Source: Candidatus Magasanikiibacteriota bacterium
GTDB lineage: Bacteria > Patescibacteriota > Patescibacteriia > Magasanikbacterales > JACTTX01
Assembly: GCA_015661005.1 (NCBI GenBank)
Contig: JACTTX010000009.1
Location: 1-56,125, forward strand
Length of the DNA: 56,125 nt
Direction: 5' to 3'
Position 1 is the first letter of the stretch, and each line of letters begins with the position of its first letter. Under the pieces are notes generated by a model, which saw only the letters and a program-made list of their open reading frames with translations, searched no databases and was not told where the DNA came from. Positions 1-9,823 of the stretch are shown one piece after another. The position numbers were made by a program, and so were the translations under genes.

Positions 1-62
1 AAATTTGTTTGCAAAAGAACAGATTATCAACCGAATTGATTCCATCATCCCATACATATCAT

Positions 63-94
63 AGATGAAACAGTTATGAATAACTGCTTCATCT
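63..94. repeat. near-perfect palindrome (possible operator or terminator)
   Basis: AGATGAAACAGTTAT-GA-ATAACTGCTTCATCT; 15-nt arms with one mismatch. Confidence 0.6.
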
Positions 95-146
95 TACCCT
101 ATGGGGAGGACATTTTGATTTCCTTCAGATAGGACATTATCACTTC

Positions 147-181
147 CGTGGGACAGGGCGTGGGACAGGGCGTGGGACAGG
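147..181. repeat. 12-bp tandem repeat CGTGGGACAGGG, about 3 copies
   Basis: Directly visible; contains the GGGACAG core shared with family-B palindromes. Confidence 0.85.
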
Positions 182-193
182 TGGAAAAAATTT

Positions 194-901
194 TTACAAC
201 TCCAACTTCACGTATTCACCGACCTTTTCATTCCATTTATAACCATTCTCTGCCATAAACGAATCTAACCGAGCCCCTGCGAAATTAGTATGAGGATTAT
301 CATCAAGATATGCTTGATGAAGTTGGTTAGCCAATGTCAGATCCGTATTTAAATCAAGCAACTCTACTTTACCTCTGGCCACTCTCATAACTTTTTCACC
401 CAGAGATAATAAGGGGTTATGCTCTCTATATTCGGCGGCTTTGGCATCGCTCATTTTATTCGTTCTTTCTTGGATCTCGGAATAACCCCGCCATAAACTT
501 GGTACTACTGACTGAATGCTCCTTAATTTTTCCTCTGTTGTGCCCCCGCCGGAAATTATTTTCTGAAGCGCCATTTCGCCATAGTGAGACATGGCCGCTG
601 TCACTGCGTTCGGACCTGTATCAGGAGGAAAAAATCTCCATTTATCCTTCATAGTGGCAATACTGACATGAAATCCCGGTCTAATTTTATCTAAAAATGC
701 TTCCTTAGCGCTTTCATTCATTTCCTGATAATTTTTTATGGCCTTCTCCCCTTCCGCTGAAGCAATAAAATCAAGCGCCTTTTTGGCTTCATCGGACAAC
801 GCATACTTACCTTCCATTAACGCCTCCCGAAATGGTTTCTCCGCGTGCGCGCCCGCCCGAGCTGTCTCTACATCTTCCACACGTTGATGCCATTTTTCCA
901 T
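194..901 (-). CDS. hypothetical protein (AT-rich, helical)
   Basis: 235-aa ORF with a TATAAT-like box upstream; no recognisable motif. Confidence 0.7.
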   Translation of the reverse strand: MEKWHQRVEDVETARAGAHAEKPFREALMEGKYALSDEAKKALDFIASAEGEKAIKNYQEMNESAKEAFLDKIRPGFHVSIATMKDKWRFFPPDTGPNAVTAAMSHYGEMALQKIISGGGTTEEKLRSIQSVVPSLWRGYSEIQERTNKMSDAKAAEYREHNPLLSLGEKVMRVARGKVELLDLNTDLTLANQLHQAYLDDNPHTNFAGARLDSFMAENGYKWNEKVGEYVKLEL

Positions 902-951
902 ATTGTATTGTTTATTGATTAATATTGAGATCGCCTCGCGATTATATACCC

Positions 952-2247
952 CTAATAATCCCGCAACTTTTCAATCCCGGGCATGGTCTGCACTTTTTCC
1001 AGCGCTTTGGCTTCAATCTGGCGAATGCGCTCGCGCGTGACGTCAAATTCACGGCCGACTTCTTCTAAAGTGTGCGAAACGCCGTCCAACAAACCAAAAC
1101 GCATTTCCAAAATTTTCTGCTCGCGCGGATTCAAATCTTTGATGGAGTCCCGGACATAATCACGCAACAATTGCAGAGCGGCGGCGCGATCCGGCGAAAC
1201 ATTCTTAACGTCTTCAATGAAATCTTCAAGCGAGGAATCATCATCATCCTCTCCAACCGACGTTTCCAAAGAAATTGTTTCTTGGGAAATCTTGATGATG
1301 TGCTTGACTTTTTCCAAGTCCTCTCCCATTTCCGCGGCAATTTCTTCCGGTGTGGGGTCTCTTCCCAAATCCTGAAGCAAACGCCGTTCTACTTGCTGGA
1401 ACCGATTGATGGTTTCCACCATATGCACCGGAATGCGGATGGTTCGCGATTGATCAGCCAAAGCGCGGGTGATGGCTTGACGAATCCACCACGTGGCGTA
1501 GGTGGAAAATTTATAACCTTTCCGATACTCAAATTTTTTGACGGCGCGAAACAGTCCGATGTTCCCCTCTTGAATCAAGTCCAACAATGACAATGACTTC
1601 CCGACAAATTTCTTGGCAATGGAAACGACTAAACGCAAATTGGCCTCAATCAATTTTTTTTCCGCTTCTTTTTCATTTTTTTCTTTGCGCTTGGCCAAGG
1701 CCACTTCTTCCTCCGCATTCAAAAGAGAAATTTTTCCTATTTCCCGCAAATAAATTTGAATGTTGTCGGCCGTGAGTTCCGGCAAATCAAAAACCTTGCT
1801 CTTGCGTTCCGCTTTTTTTGGCGTCTCATCATCTTTTTTCCAACCCAAGAGCCCCTCTTTCATCTCCACCACGGAAATTCCAATCCGCTCCATCCGTCCC
1901 AAAAAATCCTCATAAAGATCAATGTACTCTTCCAGTTCCGGAAAAATATGCAATGACTCCACTTCCGTCAAGAAACCGCGTCGCCTTCCCTTAGTAATCA
2001 GTTGCTCAACCTGTTCGGGAGTTGGTTTTTGAACGGTTGGCTCGGCAACTTTAGCCGGTTTTTTTCCTTTGAGGTGATGCTTAATTTTATGCAAAGCCGC
2101 CAAGGCGCGGGGATTCAACTTATGAAACTTTTTTACCGGCTGGTGAACACGATGATGAACACGCCGCGACGTTGCCTTGTGCCTTACCGGCGAGCGTCTC
2201 ACCGAACGCGGACGCTGATGATGTCCCCGCTTTTTATTCTTCTTCAT
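952..2247 (-). CDS. rpoD: RNA polymerase primary sigma factor with basic His/Arg/Lys N-terminal extension
   Basis: [35 protein letters not shown], region-4 [16 protein letters not shown]; follows dnaG. Confidence 0.97.
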   Translation of the reverse strand: MKKNKKRGHHQRPRSVRRSPVRHKATSRRVHHRVHQPVKKFHKLNPRALAALHKIKHHLKGKKPAKVAEPTVQKPTPEQVEQLITKGRRRGFLTEVESLHIFPELEEYIDLYEDFLGRMERIGISVVEMKEGLLGWKKDDETPKKAERKSKVFDLPELTADNIQIYLREIGKISLLNAEEEVALAKRKEKNEKEAEKKLIEANLRLVVSIAKKFVGKSLSLLDLIQEGNIGLFRAVKKFEYRKGYKFSTYATWWIRQAITRALADQSRTIRIPVHMVETINRFQQVERRLLQDLGRDPTPEEIAAEMGEDLEKVKHIIKISQETISLETSVGEDDDDSSLEDFIEDVKNVSPDRAAALQLLRDYVRDSIKDLNPREQKILEMRFGLLDGVSHTLEEVGREFDVTRERIRQIEAKALEKVQTMPGIEKLRDY

Positions 2248-4058
2248 AATGATGTTGGCGTCCGTCTACCGACTCGCGCCACTAAATCTGTGAGTACTTG
2301 ATATTGCACAATTAATTCCTCAATCTGACTTTTATCCTGACGCCCTTCCGCCAAACGCAGTGCGTCTTCCAAATGTCGGCGCTGTTCGTCCAACCAATGC
2401 CGTTCTAAACGCTCGGCGGTAGCATGCAGTTCGCGGAGAAAATCGTAGCGCTCAAAATCCGCAAAATCCTTATCAACCAAAAGACGCAGGACGGCAATTT
2501 CATCCCCGCCGCCCTGCTCTTTCCAGACGGCTTCCATCATTTGAGCCGGATCTTTGAGATCAACTTTATTATAGAGGGCAAGGAGCGTTGTGTAAAGATT
2601 GGCGTTTCGCTCATTCCCAAACATCTGCGGATGGAGTCCGGCCATAAGCGGCAGAGCGTCGCGATTCAAATGCAGAGCAAAAGCCAATAAATACTGCTCA
2701 ATGATCTCGGCCGGGGTGCGAGCTGTGATTGTAGGCGACGCGCTTTCCGCGCTTGTCGCGGCGGGATTGGGCGCAACCGGTCGGCCGAGCTTGCGCATTT
2801 CTTCACGCAAAGCATCTTCCGAGACGGCAATTCTCTGACCCAAAGTTCTTAACCATGTTTCCCGTTCAATGGCTGATGGAAGCGCCGCGATTTCCGTCAA
2901 CACTTCCCGTGCCGCTATGACTTTTTGTTTGGGATCCGCCAAATTTTTTCCATTGAGAGCGCGTTCAATTATAAAAGCCATAATCGGCGCCGCTTCTTCC
3001 ACCGCGCGCTTAAAAATTTCCGGATCTTTTTTAATGCAATCATCCGGATCTTTTCCGGCGTCAGCCGGAATTTTAATAACGCGAATATCCAATCCGGCAT
3101 CACGGGCAATATTCAATCCGCGTTTGGCCGCCGCTTGACCAGCGACATCAGCGTCAAAGGAGATGGCAATTTTATTGGTGTAGCGTTTCAGGAGATTCAC
3201 CTGATCCGGCGTGAGCGCCGTGCCGGATGATGCAATGACGTTTTTAATTCCGGCCTGCCAGGCGCTCACCACGTCCATCTGGCCTTCCATAATAATGGCA
3301 AAACCGGCATCCTTGATAAATTGTTTGGCGCGATGCAAATTGTACAATAATCGTCCCTTGTCAAAAAGAATTGTTTGCGGCGTATTCACGTATTTGCCGC
3401 CGGAAACGGCGGTCTCCACCAAAACGCGGCCCGTGAAACCGACAACATTGCCGTGAACATCATGAATCGGAAACATTATTCGTCCGCGAAAACGATCGTA
3501 AATTCCGCCGTCGTCTTTTTTTACGGCCAAGCCGGCTTTAGCAATATCTACGGCGGGCACGCCGCGTTTCAAAAGAAAATCGGTGAGAGCATTCCAATCT
3601 TCGGCGCTCCAGCCAATGCCGAACTCGGCAATCGTGGTGTTTTTTAGACCGCGATGATCCAAATATTCGCGGGCCGCTTGGGCGCGGGGGGAATCGTGAA
3701 AAATTTTTTGGAAAAATTGGGCGGCTGATTTCAAAACCTCCAAAAGCCGATTGCGTTCACTGCGATCAACATCCGCGGCCGCGCTGATTTCAACACCGGC
3801 CCGATCCGCCAATAATTTTAACGCTTCCACAAACTCGAGCCCTTCCATTTTCATGACAAACGTAAAAATATCGCCGCCTTCATGGCATCCGAAGCAGTGC
3901 CAAATCTGCTTTTCGCGATGCACCATGAATGACGGCGACTTTTCGTGATGAAAGGGGCAAAGTCCTTTCCAATTGGCGCCGGACGCTTTGAGCTGGAGAT
4001 ATTCTCCAAGGACGCTCACAATATCCAGCCGATCTTTGATTTCCTGAAGGTCAGCCAT
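2244..4058 (-). CDS. dnaG: DNA primase
   Basis: [16 protein letters not shown] zinc finger, [33 protein letters not shown] motifs. Confidence 0.97.
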   Translation of the reverse strand: MADLQEIKDRLDIVSVLGEYLQLKASGANWKGLCPFHHEKSPSFMVHREKQIWHCFGCHEGGDIFTFVMKMEGLEFVEALKLLADRAGVEISAAADVDRSERNRLLEVLKSAAQFFQKIFHDSPRAQAAREYLDHRGLKNTTIAEFGIGWSAEDWNALTDFLLKRGVPAVDIAKAGLAVKKDDGGIYDRFRGRIMFPIHDVHGNVVGFTGRVLVETAVSGGKYVNTPQTILFDKGRLLYNLHRAKQFIKDAGFAIIMEGQMDVVSAWQAGIKNVIASSGTALTPDQVNLLKRYTNKIAISFDADVAGQAAAKRGLNIARDAGLDIRVIKIPADAGKDPDDCIKKDPEIFKRAVEEAAPIMAFIIERALNGKNLADPKQKVIAAREVLTEIAALPSAIERETWLRTLGQRIAVSEDALREEMRKLGRPVAPNPAATSAESASPTITARTPAEIIEQYLLAFALHLNRDALPLMAGLHPQMFGNERNANLYTTLLALYNKVDLKDPAQMMEAVWKEQGGGDEIAVLRLLVDKDFADFERYDFLRELHATAERLERHWLDEQRRHLEDALRLAEGRQDKSQIEELIVQYQVLTDLVARVGRRTPTSL

Positions 4059-4068
4059 ATTTTTGGTT

Positions 4069-4140
4069 TGGGGACAGTTCTAAAGGGGACAGTTCTAAAT
4101 CCGCGATTGCGCAGAAGTGTCCCCTTTAGAACTGTCCCCA
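4069..4140. repeat. family-B GGGGACAG palindrome with internal 15-bp tandem unit
   Basis: 28-nt arms TGGGGACAGTTCTAAAGGGGACA(G/C)TTCT, 27/28 complementary. Confidence 0.9.
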
Positions 4141-4434
4141 TTATTCGTACAGCGCAACTAATTTTTTGATTCGCGCCAACTCCCGTTCCACCACCGCGCC
4201 GTCATATTCTCCGGCGTGCATTTTTACGCCGCCGTAGGTTGGCGCTTTTTGATCCAGATGCAAATTGATGCTGACGCCTTTTTTTGTTTCCTCCACGTAG
4301 GCGTGCAGACGCGGAAACGGCTGGTGGGATATTCTCCGCTCATAGGAAATCTCCCGACCTTGATGCAAACCGTAACCAAAACGGCGCATCAAGAGCGTTG
4401 TGCTCATCTGAATTTTTCCCAGAGATAATTTCAT
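4141..4434 (-). CDS. hypothetical protein
   Basis: 97 aa; start overlaps the folC stop; FPRLHAY..NLHLDQK pattern. Confidence 0.75.
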   Translation of the reverse strand: MKLSLGKIQMSTTLLMRRFGYGLHQGREISYERRISHQPFPRLHAYVEETKKGVSINLHLDQKAPTYGGVKMHAGEYDGAVVERELARIKKLVALYE

Positions 4435-5744
4435 AGTGATTTAAAACTCATACGATGTTTCAAAATAAAATCTTCCGTGACCCAACATGTCCGCACTTCA
4501 CCGGCCAAATAAAACGAGCCGGTAATGAGGATAATATCATTGATCTTGGCCATCCGCAATGCCCATTGGAGCGCCTGCTTTGAATTTGGAAACGCCCGGA
4601 CCGGCGCCGTTTTTTTGGTGAATTTTTGCGCCAGCCGATGTAATTTTTCCGGCCCCAGGCTCGCCTTAATGGCCGAGTGAATACCGGTTGTTGTAATAGT
4701 GTCCGCGAGCGGCACAATCTGTTTCAAAATTCCTCTGACGTCCTTATCGGCAGCAATCCCGATCACCAAATGCACGCGCCCGAATTTTTTTTGTTGGAGA
4801 TAGTCCTTGAGACTATTTGCGGTGCTACGCATTTTTCCGACATTATGCGCGCCGTCAATAATCACTGTTGGATTTTTTTGCACGATTTCAAAACGGCACG
4901 GCAAACGCGCTCGCCCGATGCCGTTGATAATTGCTCTTTGAGGAATTTTCAAATGTTTTAAGACCGCGGCGGCGAGCGCGGCGTTCAACTCTTGATGTTG
5001 ACCCAACATTCGCGGGCGCCAACTTCTCACGGCGCGCGCTATAATCTGCGTCGGCGCATGATGGTCAGCGCAAATTTTCCGAAAAATTTTGAGAAGAGCG
5101 GGCCGCTTTTCCGTGGTAAAAAATTCCGTGCCGGTTTTTATGATACCGGCCTTGTCCCGCGCAATCTTCGGCAGAGTTTTTCCAAGGATTTGCGTGTGAT
5201 CAAAATCAATATTGGTAATCACCGCCGCTGATTTTTTTTGAATGGCGTTGGTGGCGTCATAACGGCCGCCGCAACCAACTTCCAAAACCGCCCAAACGCA
5301 TTTTTGTTCCTGAAAATATTTCAACGCGATGGCCAAAAAAATTTCAAAGTATGACGGGCCGCCAAACGGGCCGCTTTTATCCGCGCGTTGAACGGATGGT
5401 TTCAGTTGTTTCCAAATTCGGACAAAAGTCGCCGGTGAAATATATTTGTTATTCACGCGGATTTTTTCAATCGCGCTCGTGCAATAAGGCGAAGTGAAAA
5501 GGCCCACCTGATGTCCGGCCGCGGCCAGCGCTTCCTGCATCATTACGGAAACGGAACCTTTGCCACTGGTTCCAGTAACATGAATAAATTTTATCCGTGC
5601 GTCCGGCGCACCAATTAAATCCAAAAAATAACGCATGCGGGACAGGAAACGGTCGGGTGAAGCGCGATCGCGCATGTAGTTGCCGCCCTTAACGTTCCAC
5701 CGGCGATCAATCTCACGCATTGAAGAAAAATATTTTTTGAACAT
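4431..5744 (-). CDS. folC: folylpolyglutamate synthase / dihydrofolate synthase
   Basis: IHVTGTSGKGS, FTSP, EVGCGGRYDATN, DHTQILG, IDGAHN, TGSFYL. Confidence 0.93.
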   Translation of the reverse strand: MFKKYFSSMREIDRRWNVKGGNYMRDRASPDRFLSRMRYFLDLIGAPDARIKFIHVTGTSGKGSVSVMMQEALAAAGHQVGLFTSPYCTSAIEKIRVNNKYISPATFVRIWKQLKPSVQRADKSGPFGGPSYFEIFLAIALKYFQEQKCVWAVLEVGCGGRYDATNAIQKKSAAVITNIDFDHTQILGKTLPKIARDKAGIIKTGTEFFTTEKRPALLKIFRKICADHHAPTQIIARAVRSWRPRMLGQHQELNAALAAAVLKHLKIPQRAIINGIGRARLPCRFEIVQKNPTVIIDGAHNVGKMRSTANSLKDYLQQKKFGRVHLVIGIAADKDVRGILKQIVPLADTITTTGIHSAIKASLGPEKLHRLAQKFTKKTAPVRAFPNSKQALQWALRMAKINDIILITGSFYLAGEVRTCWVTEDFILKHRMSFKSL

Positions 5745-6425
5745 TTATTTGGCAAAATGAACCAAGTATTTTTCTTCAATCACGAATGGTAATTTGAGAA
5801 CGCGCTTTTTCATCAAAAGCGCCAAGACATTGCTGACCACCAAATACATGAGCGTGATGCCGACGGCAAACATTAAACGTTCAGCGGCAACAACGGGAAT
5901 TAACGCCACCCAAACCGCTTTCGGCAAAGCAAAAAACCAAATCCAAAGCGCGCCGCCGACGGAATGGGCTGTCATCGTGGCGCCAAGAGAACGCGCCAAA
6001 AGGAAACGATCGCGTAAAAAATGGCAGGCAACGGGAATGAGCCAGTAAAGAGAAAAATACCAGACACTGCGACCAATGGGATTCATATTCCAGGCGATAA
6101 TAGCAATAATCGGCACGGCGACAATCCATTTGCTTTTACGAGCAAAATAAAGCACGGCAAAAAACATTGGGAAAAAGCGGATGACAGCGCCGACGTCAAT
6201 AATTTTTGCCCCATGCGCCAAAAAATTTGCCAGTTGCATCAAAAAAACGGCAATCACACCCGGGAGTGAACTGATAAAAGCGCCGACCAGCGGGCCAAAG
6301 GCGTCAAAGAGCGTGAACTTGGCTTTGGATCCGGCCAGTTGCGCGACCGGAACCTGAAGCGCCAGGAAACCAAGAACAGCGAAGATGAGAATGAATAAAA
6401 TGTTTTGCTTAGTGAAAAGTTTCAT
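5745..6425 (-). CDS. multi-pass membrane protein, possibly ECF S-component-like
   Basis: About 6-7 hydrophobic segments; abuts folC; start moved to MKLF because the upstream ORF extension runs through a palindrome. Confidence 0.65.
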   Translation of the reverse strand: MKLFTKQNILFILIFAVLGFLALQVPVAQLAGSKAKFTLFDAFGPLVGAFISSLPGVIAVFLMQLANFLAHGAKIIDVGAVIRFFPMFFAVLYFARKSKWIVAVPIIAIIAWNMNPIGRSVWYFSLYWLIPVACHFLRDRFLLARSLGATMTAHSVGGALWIWFFALPKAVWVALIPVVAAERLMFAVGITLMYLVVSNVLALLMKKRVLKLPFVIEEKYLVHFAK

Positions 6426-6463
6426 AGAATGGGATTGGCGATTGAACATATTATAGATTCCTT

Positions 6464-6559
6464 GTTGAATAGTTACCGGCAAATGGCGTGCGCTATCGGA
6501 GAATGAAGCGCAAATGTCGTGTTGCTTAGAACAAGAACGACATTTACGCTTCATTCTCC
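6464..6559. repeat. family-A palindromic element (orphan left arm plus full hairpin 6498-6559)
   Basis: GGAGAATGAAGCGCAAATGTCGTGTT..ACAAGAACGACATTTACGCTTCATTCTCC. Confidence 0.9.
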
Positions 6560-6574
6560 TCCAGCTTCCAGCTT

Positions 6575-7312
6575 CTAATTTCCCACTCCCGGCACCCATC
6601 CGCCGCTCACTTCAATGTTGGCGCCATTTATATATTCCGATTCCGGCGCCAAGAGAAATTTAACGGCATTCCAGATATCTTGAAACTGCGCGTAACGACC
6701 GGTCGGCACTTTGTGCTTGGCGACACTCGTTTCCAAAATTCCCGGCGAGACGGCGTTCACCTTAATTCCATACGGCGCATATGCGTTAGCCAGAATTTTG
6801 GTGAGCATCAATACTCCCGTTTTAGCAATATAATACGGCGTTGTCAATTCGCGAATAGTCATCCGGTCAGCGGCGGCACAGCCAAAATTAATGATCTGTC
6901 CGCTTTTTTGTTTCTTCATTTTTTCCAGCGCGATTTTACTCATCAAAAAAGTTGAATACAAATTGGTCTCAATCACGTCCTTAAATTTTTCAAAAGTCGT
7001 TTCTTCAATCGGTTCATAAATAAAATTACCGACGAGATTTACAAGGACGTCAATTTTTTTGTGCTGTGCGAAAATTTTTTTGAAAACGGCGGCGACTTGG
7101 CCCTCATTACGAACATCAAGTTTGAAAACCCCTGAACGCTGATCAAAGGCGGACAGTTCCTTTTGAAGCGCAACGGCTTCGTGACGGCTTGTTTTGTAAG
7201 TGACTATAACAACCGCTCCGGCCGACGCAAATTTCAAGGCCAACGCCCGGCCCAAACCTTTGGCCCCGCCCGTTAAAACCACAATTTTCCCGCGAAAAAA
7301 TTCATCGGACAT
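6575..7312 (-). CDS. short-chain dehydrogenase/reductase (possibly pteridine reductase-like)
   Basis: TGGAKGLG, catalytic YYIAK, VNAVSPG. Confidence 0.85.
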   Translation of the reverse strand: MSDEFFRGKIVVLTGGAKGLGRALALKFASAGAVVIVTYKTSRHEAVALQKELSAFDQRSGVFKLDVRNEGQVAAVFKKIFAQHKKIDVLVNLVGNFIYEPIEETTFEKFKDVIETNLYSTFLMSKIALEKMKKQKSGQIINFGCAAADRMTIRELTTPYYIAKTGVLMLTKILANAYAPYGIKVNAVSPGILETSVAKHKVPTGRYAQFQDIWNAVKFLLAPESEYINGANIEVSGGWVPGVGN

Positions 7313-7318
7313 GGTGCC

Positions 7319-7347
7319 ATTATGGCGCGGGATGGCATTCCTGGCAA
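7319..7347 (-). promoter_or_regulatory. sigma70 promoter, leaderless geometry
   Basis: TTGCCA-17-CATAAT, 6 nt before the ATG. Confidence 0.65.
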
Positions 7348-7384
7348 GATCGTGCGGACAATCGCGCCGTTATAAACTTCAATG

Positions 7385-8509
7385 CTATTCTTTGGGTTTT
7401 TTGGTCTCGCGGCGATGCTTATAAAAAGATGCGCCCGCGCCGGCTAAAAGCGCGGCCACAGCGCTCGCGCCAACCAATGTTAAAATAAAATCACGGCTGA
7501 TTTTGTTGCCATCGGATTTGTGATCATCTTTTTCCGAATCAGAATCATTTTTAATTTCCGCGGCCGACGACGTGACCGTTTGTTCAGATAACGGCACGGT
7601 AAATATTACCGGCGACTCGGATGCGGCCAGAACTGCCGACGTAAAATTCACGATTGGCGAAGACGGAACAATCAAATTGGACGTGGCTTTTTCGGACGGC
7701 TCTATTGCCGCGATTGACTTCGTCTTTGATCCGGCCGTATCAGTAGAACCAGTTGTGTCGGTACCCGTCCCCGAGGAACTGTTGCTTGAAGGACCGGACC
7801 CTGCTCCGCCACTTGCTCCGCCACCGCTCATGCCACCACCACCGCCACTACTGCCACCGCCACTTGATCCTCCTCCGCCACCACCACCGCTTGGCGGGTT
7901 AGGCGGCAAATCAGAAACCAACGGATTCGTGCCGCGCAAATACTCACTCAAGTTGCTGGCGCCATCAGCATCCGGATCCTTGACCGCGTCACTTGGGTCC
8001 AAAGGATTAAAACCGTACTTCTCCTCCCAGATATTTGGCATACCGTCGCCATCAGCGTCCGGATCATCAACGTCCGGAATGCCATCATTGTCAGCGTCCG
8101 CCAAGACATTTCTTGAGATGACAACGCTGTTGTTGCTTTCATCCACATCCGGCGTTTCCGTTGAACTGATAATTTTCACCTGAATAGCATGCAAACCGGG
8201 CCGTGTTGGTGTCCACTCCACCCAAATTTCTTCTTGCACGCCGTTTGTGCGCACGGAAATCGGCCGCGCTGTTTCAATGATTTCTCCATCATCAGTGAAA
8301 TAAACCGTGCCAATAAAATTCTCGCCGTAATTATGAACCGTGGCGTAAATTAAGACGGGTATATTCACCACCAATGGATTATTGGACGCAATCCAAACGT
8401 CGCTGACCCCAAGTCCGACATCATATACAGCGGCCCGCGCTGTGCCGCTCACAAAGACAGATGCAAAAATTATGAGCGCGATTCCAAAAGTGACATACTT
8501 TTTTTTCAT
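7385..8509 (-). CDS. surface protein: signal peptide, Ig/CARDB-like domain, TSP3-like Ca-binding repeats, Gly/Ser linker, C-terminal TM anchor
   Basis: ARA signal cleavage, DESNN, DADNDGIPD/DADGDGMPN/DADGASN, poly-G linker, hydrophobic tail followed by basic residues. Confidence 0.85.
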   Translation of the reverse strand: MKKKYVTFGIALIIFASVFVSGTARAAVYDVGLGVSDVWIASNNPLVVNIPVLIYATVHNYGENFIGTVYFTDDGEIIETARPISVRTNGVQEEIWVEWTPTRPGLHAIQVKIISSTETPDVDESNNSVVISRNVLADADNDGIPDVDDPDADGDGMPNIWEEKYGFNPLDPSDAVKDPDADGASNLSEYLRGTNPLVSDLPPNPPSGGGGGGGSSGGGSSGGGGGMSGGGASGGAGSGPSSNSSSGTGTDTTGSTDTAGSKTKSIAAIEPSEKATSNLIVPSSPIVNFTSAVLAASESPVIFTVPLSEQTVTSSAAEIKNDSDSEKDDHKSDGNKISRDFILTLVGASAVAALLAGAGASFYKHRRETKKPKE

Positions 8510-8609
8510 AGCATTAAATCAGAGTGAATGGCGCGCCTCTTAAATTTTCGGCGTGTTGACCTTGCATATTATAACCAATTTTATCCCGAATCCGCAATTG
8601 CCTGTGCAA

Positions 8610-9011
8610 TTACTCCGTAGTTTCCTCATCAAACTCCGGACTATCAACAACAGCTTCTTTTTTTGTTGCCCTGACCACGCCGTCTTGATGATGCGGCGGA
8701 GAGTAAATCGTGTAAAATTTTAGCGCTTGCGTTTTTGAGGTGTTGATGACATTGTGCCGCGCGCCGGAGGGAACTATGACACAATCACCGTCTTGCACGA
8801 CGTATTCAGTTTCATTGATGATGACTTTTCCATCCCCTTTTTCAAAACGGAAAAACTGATCATTGTCTTTGTGGATTTCCCAACCGATTTCCTCTTCGGG
8901 CAGAAGCGACATTAAAACCAACTGACAATGCCGCGCCGTATAAAGAACGTGACGGAAATTTTTATTTTGCCGGGTCAATGACTCAATGTTTCCTTTGTAA
9001 CCTTTTTTCAT
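8610..9011 (-). CDS. cupin domain protein
   Basis: QLVLMSL..EIH..DQFF..G..HNVIN..YSPPHH; start moved to MKKGY. Confidence 0.88.
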   Translation of the reverse strand: MKKGYKGNIESLTRQNKNFRHVLYTARHCQLVLMSLLPEEEIGWEIHKDNDQFFRFEKGDGKVIINETEYVVQDGDCVIVPSGARHNVINTSKTQALKFYTIYSPPHHQDGVVRATKKEAVVDSPEFDEETTE

Positions 9012-9161
9012 AACTGGCGGTGTTTTTGATTGATGTTCGAACATTCTTTGAGCAAACCCCCCAATAAGGAAGCCAGCCCCGCCACTGCGCGCCTTGCTCG
9101 CCACACCCCCCCCTCCTGCCGAGCCGTCCTCGCTCCGACAAAAGGTTTTTCGGCGGGCTTA

Positions 9162-9818
9162 TCAAAATTTGATTGTTTTTTCGGCAGTAATACTTTCCAA
9201 ATCTAAAAGCACCTTCGCGTTCCGTGGACTCCCATCAGAATTTCTAAACCCTTCTTGAAATGAACCAAGTCCACGAACCTTTTTACCATCAAGTAAAATC
9301 AATTTAATCTCTCTCAACCTAAACTCGATTTTTCTCAAACGCGAAGGTGCTTTACGCAAGATTCTTTCTTTCTCAAAATTCGATAGTCCGCCCTTGAGTT
9401 CTTGGTGCCAAACTTGGAAACTTCTATCCTCGTCATTATATTTTGCATCCCCGATTGCCAATATAAGTCCTGCCCCACCAAATTGTTTAATTGCCTCTGC
9501 AATAGCTAAGCTATCATTTACAATAACACTTTTGCTATCTTGACCATTCGCGTTTTTATCTGGGTGTGCCTTAAAGTCCCATGGTATTTCCGAAAATCCA
9601 TCGAATTCAACTCTGCCATATTTTGGACATGGTATTTTTACCAATGGCGGCAATTTTGTATCACAAAGAAACTGAAAATAGAAACCTATCCATTCCATTT
9701 GTTTCCAGTGCGGATAACCTGAATCACGCATTTCTAAAATTGCCTTGCGTCCGTCCCACACAGCGGGCATCTGTTTTAACAATTCTTCTAATTGCGCGAT
9801 TAACTTTTTTGAAATCAT
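9162..9818 (-). CDS. putative type II restriction endonuclease
   Basis: Directly behind a DNA MTase; AT-rich; E..FD..WDFK PD-(D/E)xK-like spacing. Confidence 0.6.
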   Translation of the reverse strand: MISKKLIAQLEELLKQMPAVWDGRKAILEMRDSGYPHWKQMEWIGFYFQFLCDTKLPPLVKIPCPKYGRVEFDGFSEIPWDFKAHPDKNANGQDSKSVIVNDSLAIAEAIKQFGGAGLILAIGDAKYNDEDRSFQVWHQELKGGLSNFEKERILRKAPSRLRKIEFRLREIKLILLDGKKVRGLGSFQEGFRNSDGSPRNAKVLLDLESITAEKTIKF

Positions 9819-9823
9819 AATAA

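Noticed and set aside
6426-6574. THF or other riboswitch upstream of the putative folate transporter
   Set aside because: The structure present is a family-A repeat also found at unrelated genes, and I recognise no riboswitch consensus.
9010-9025. Possible attR copy of the tRNA-Ser 3' end (CCGCCA)
   Set aside because: Only 6 bp match, which is expected by chance.
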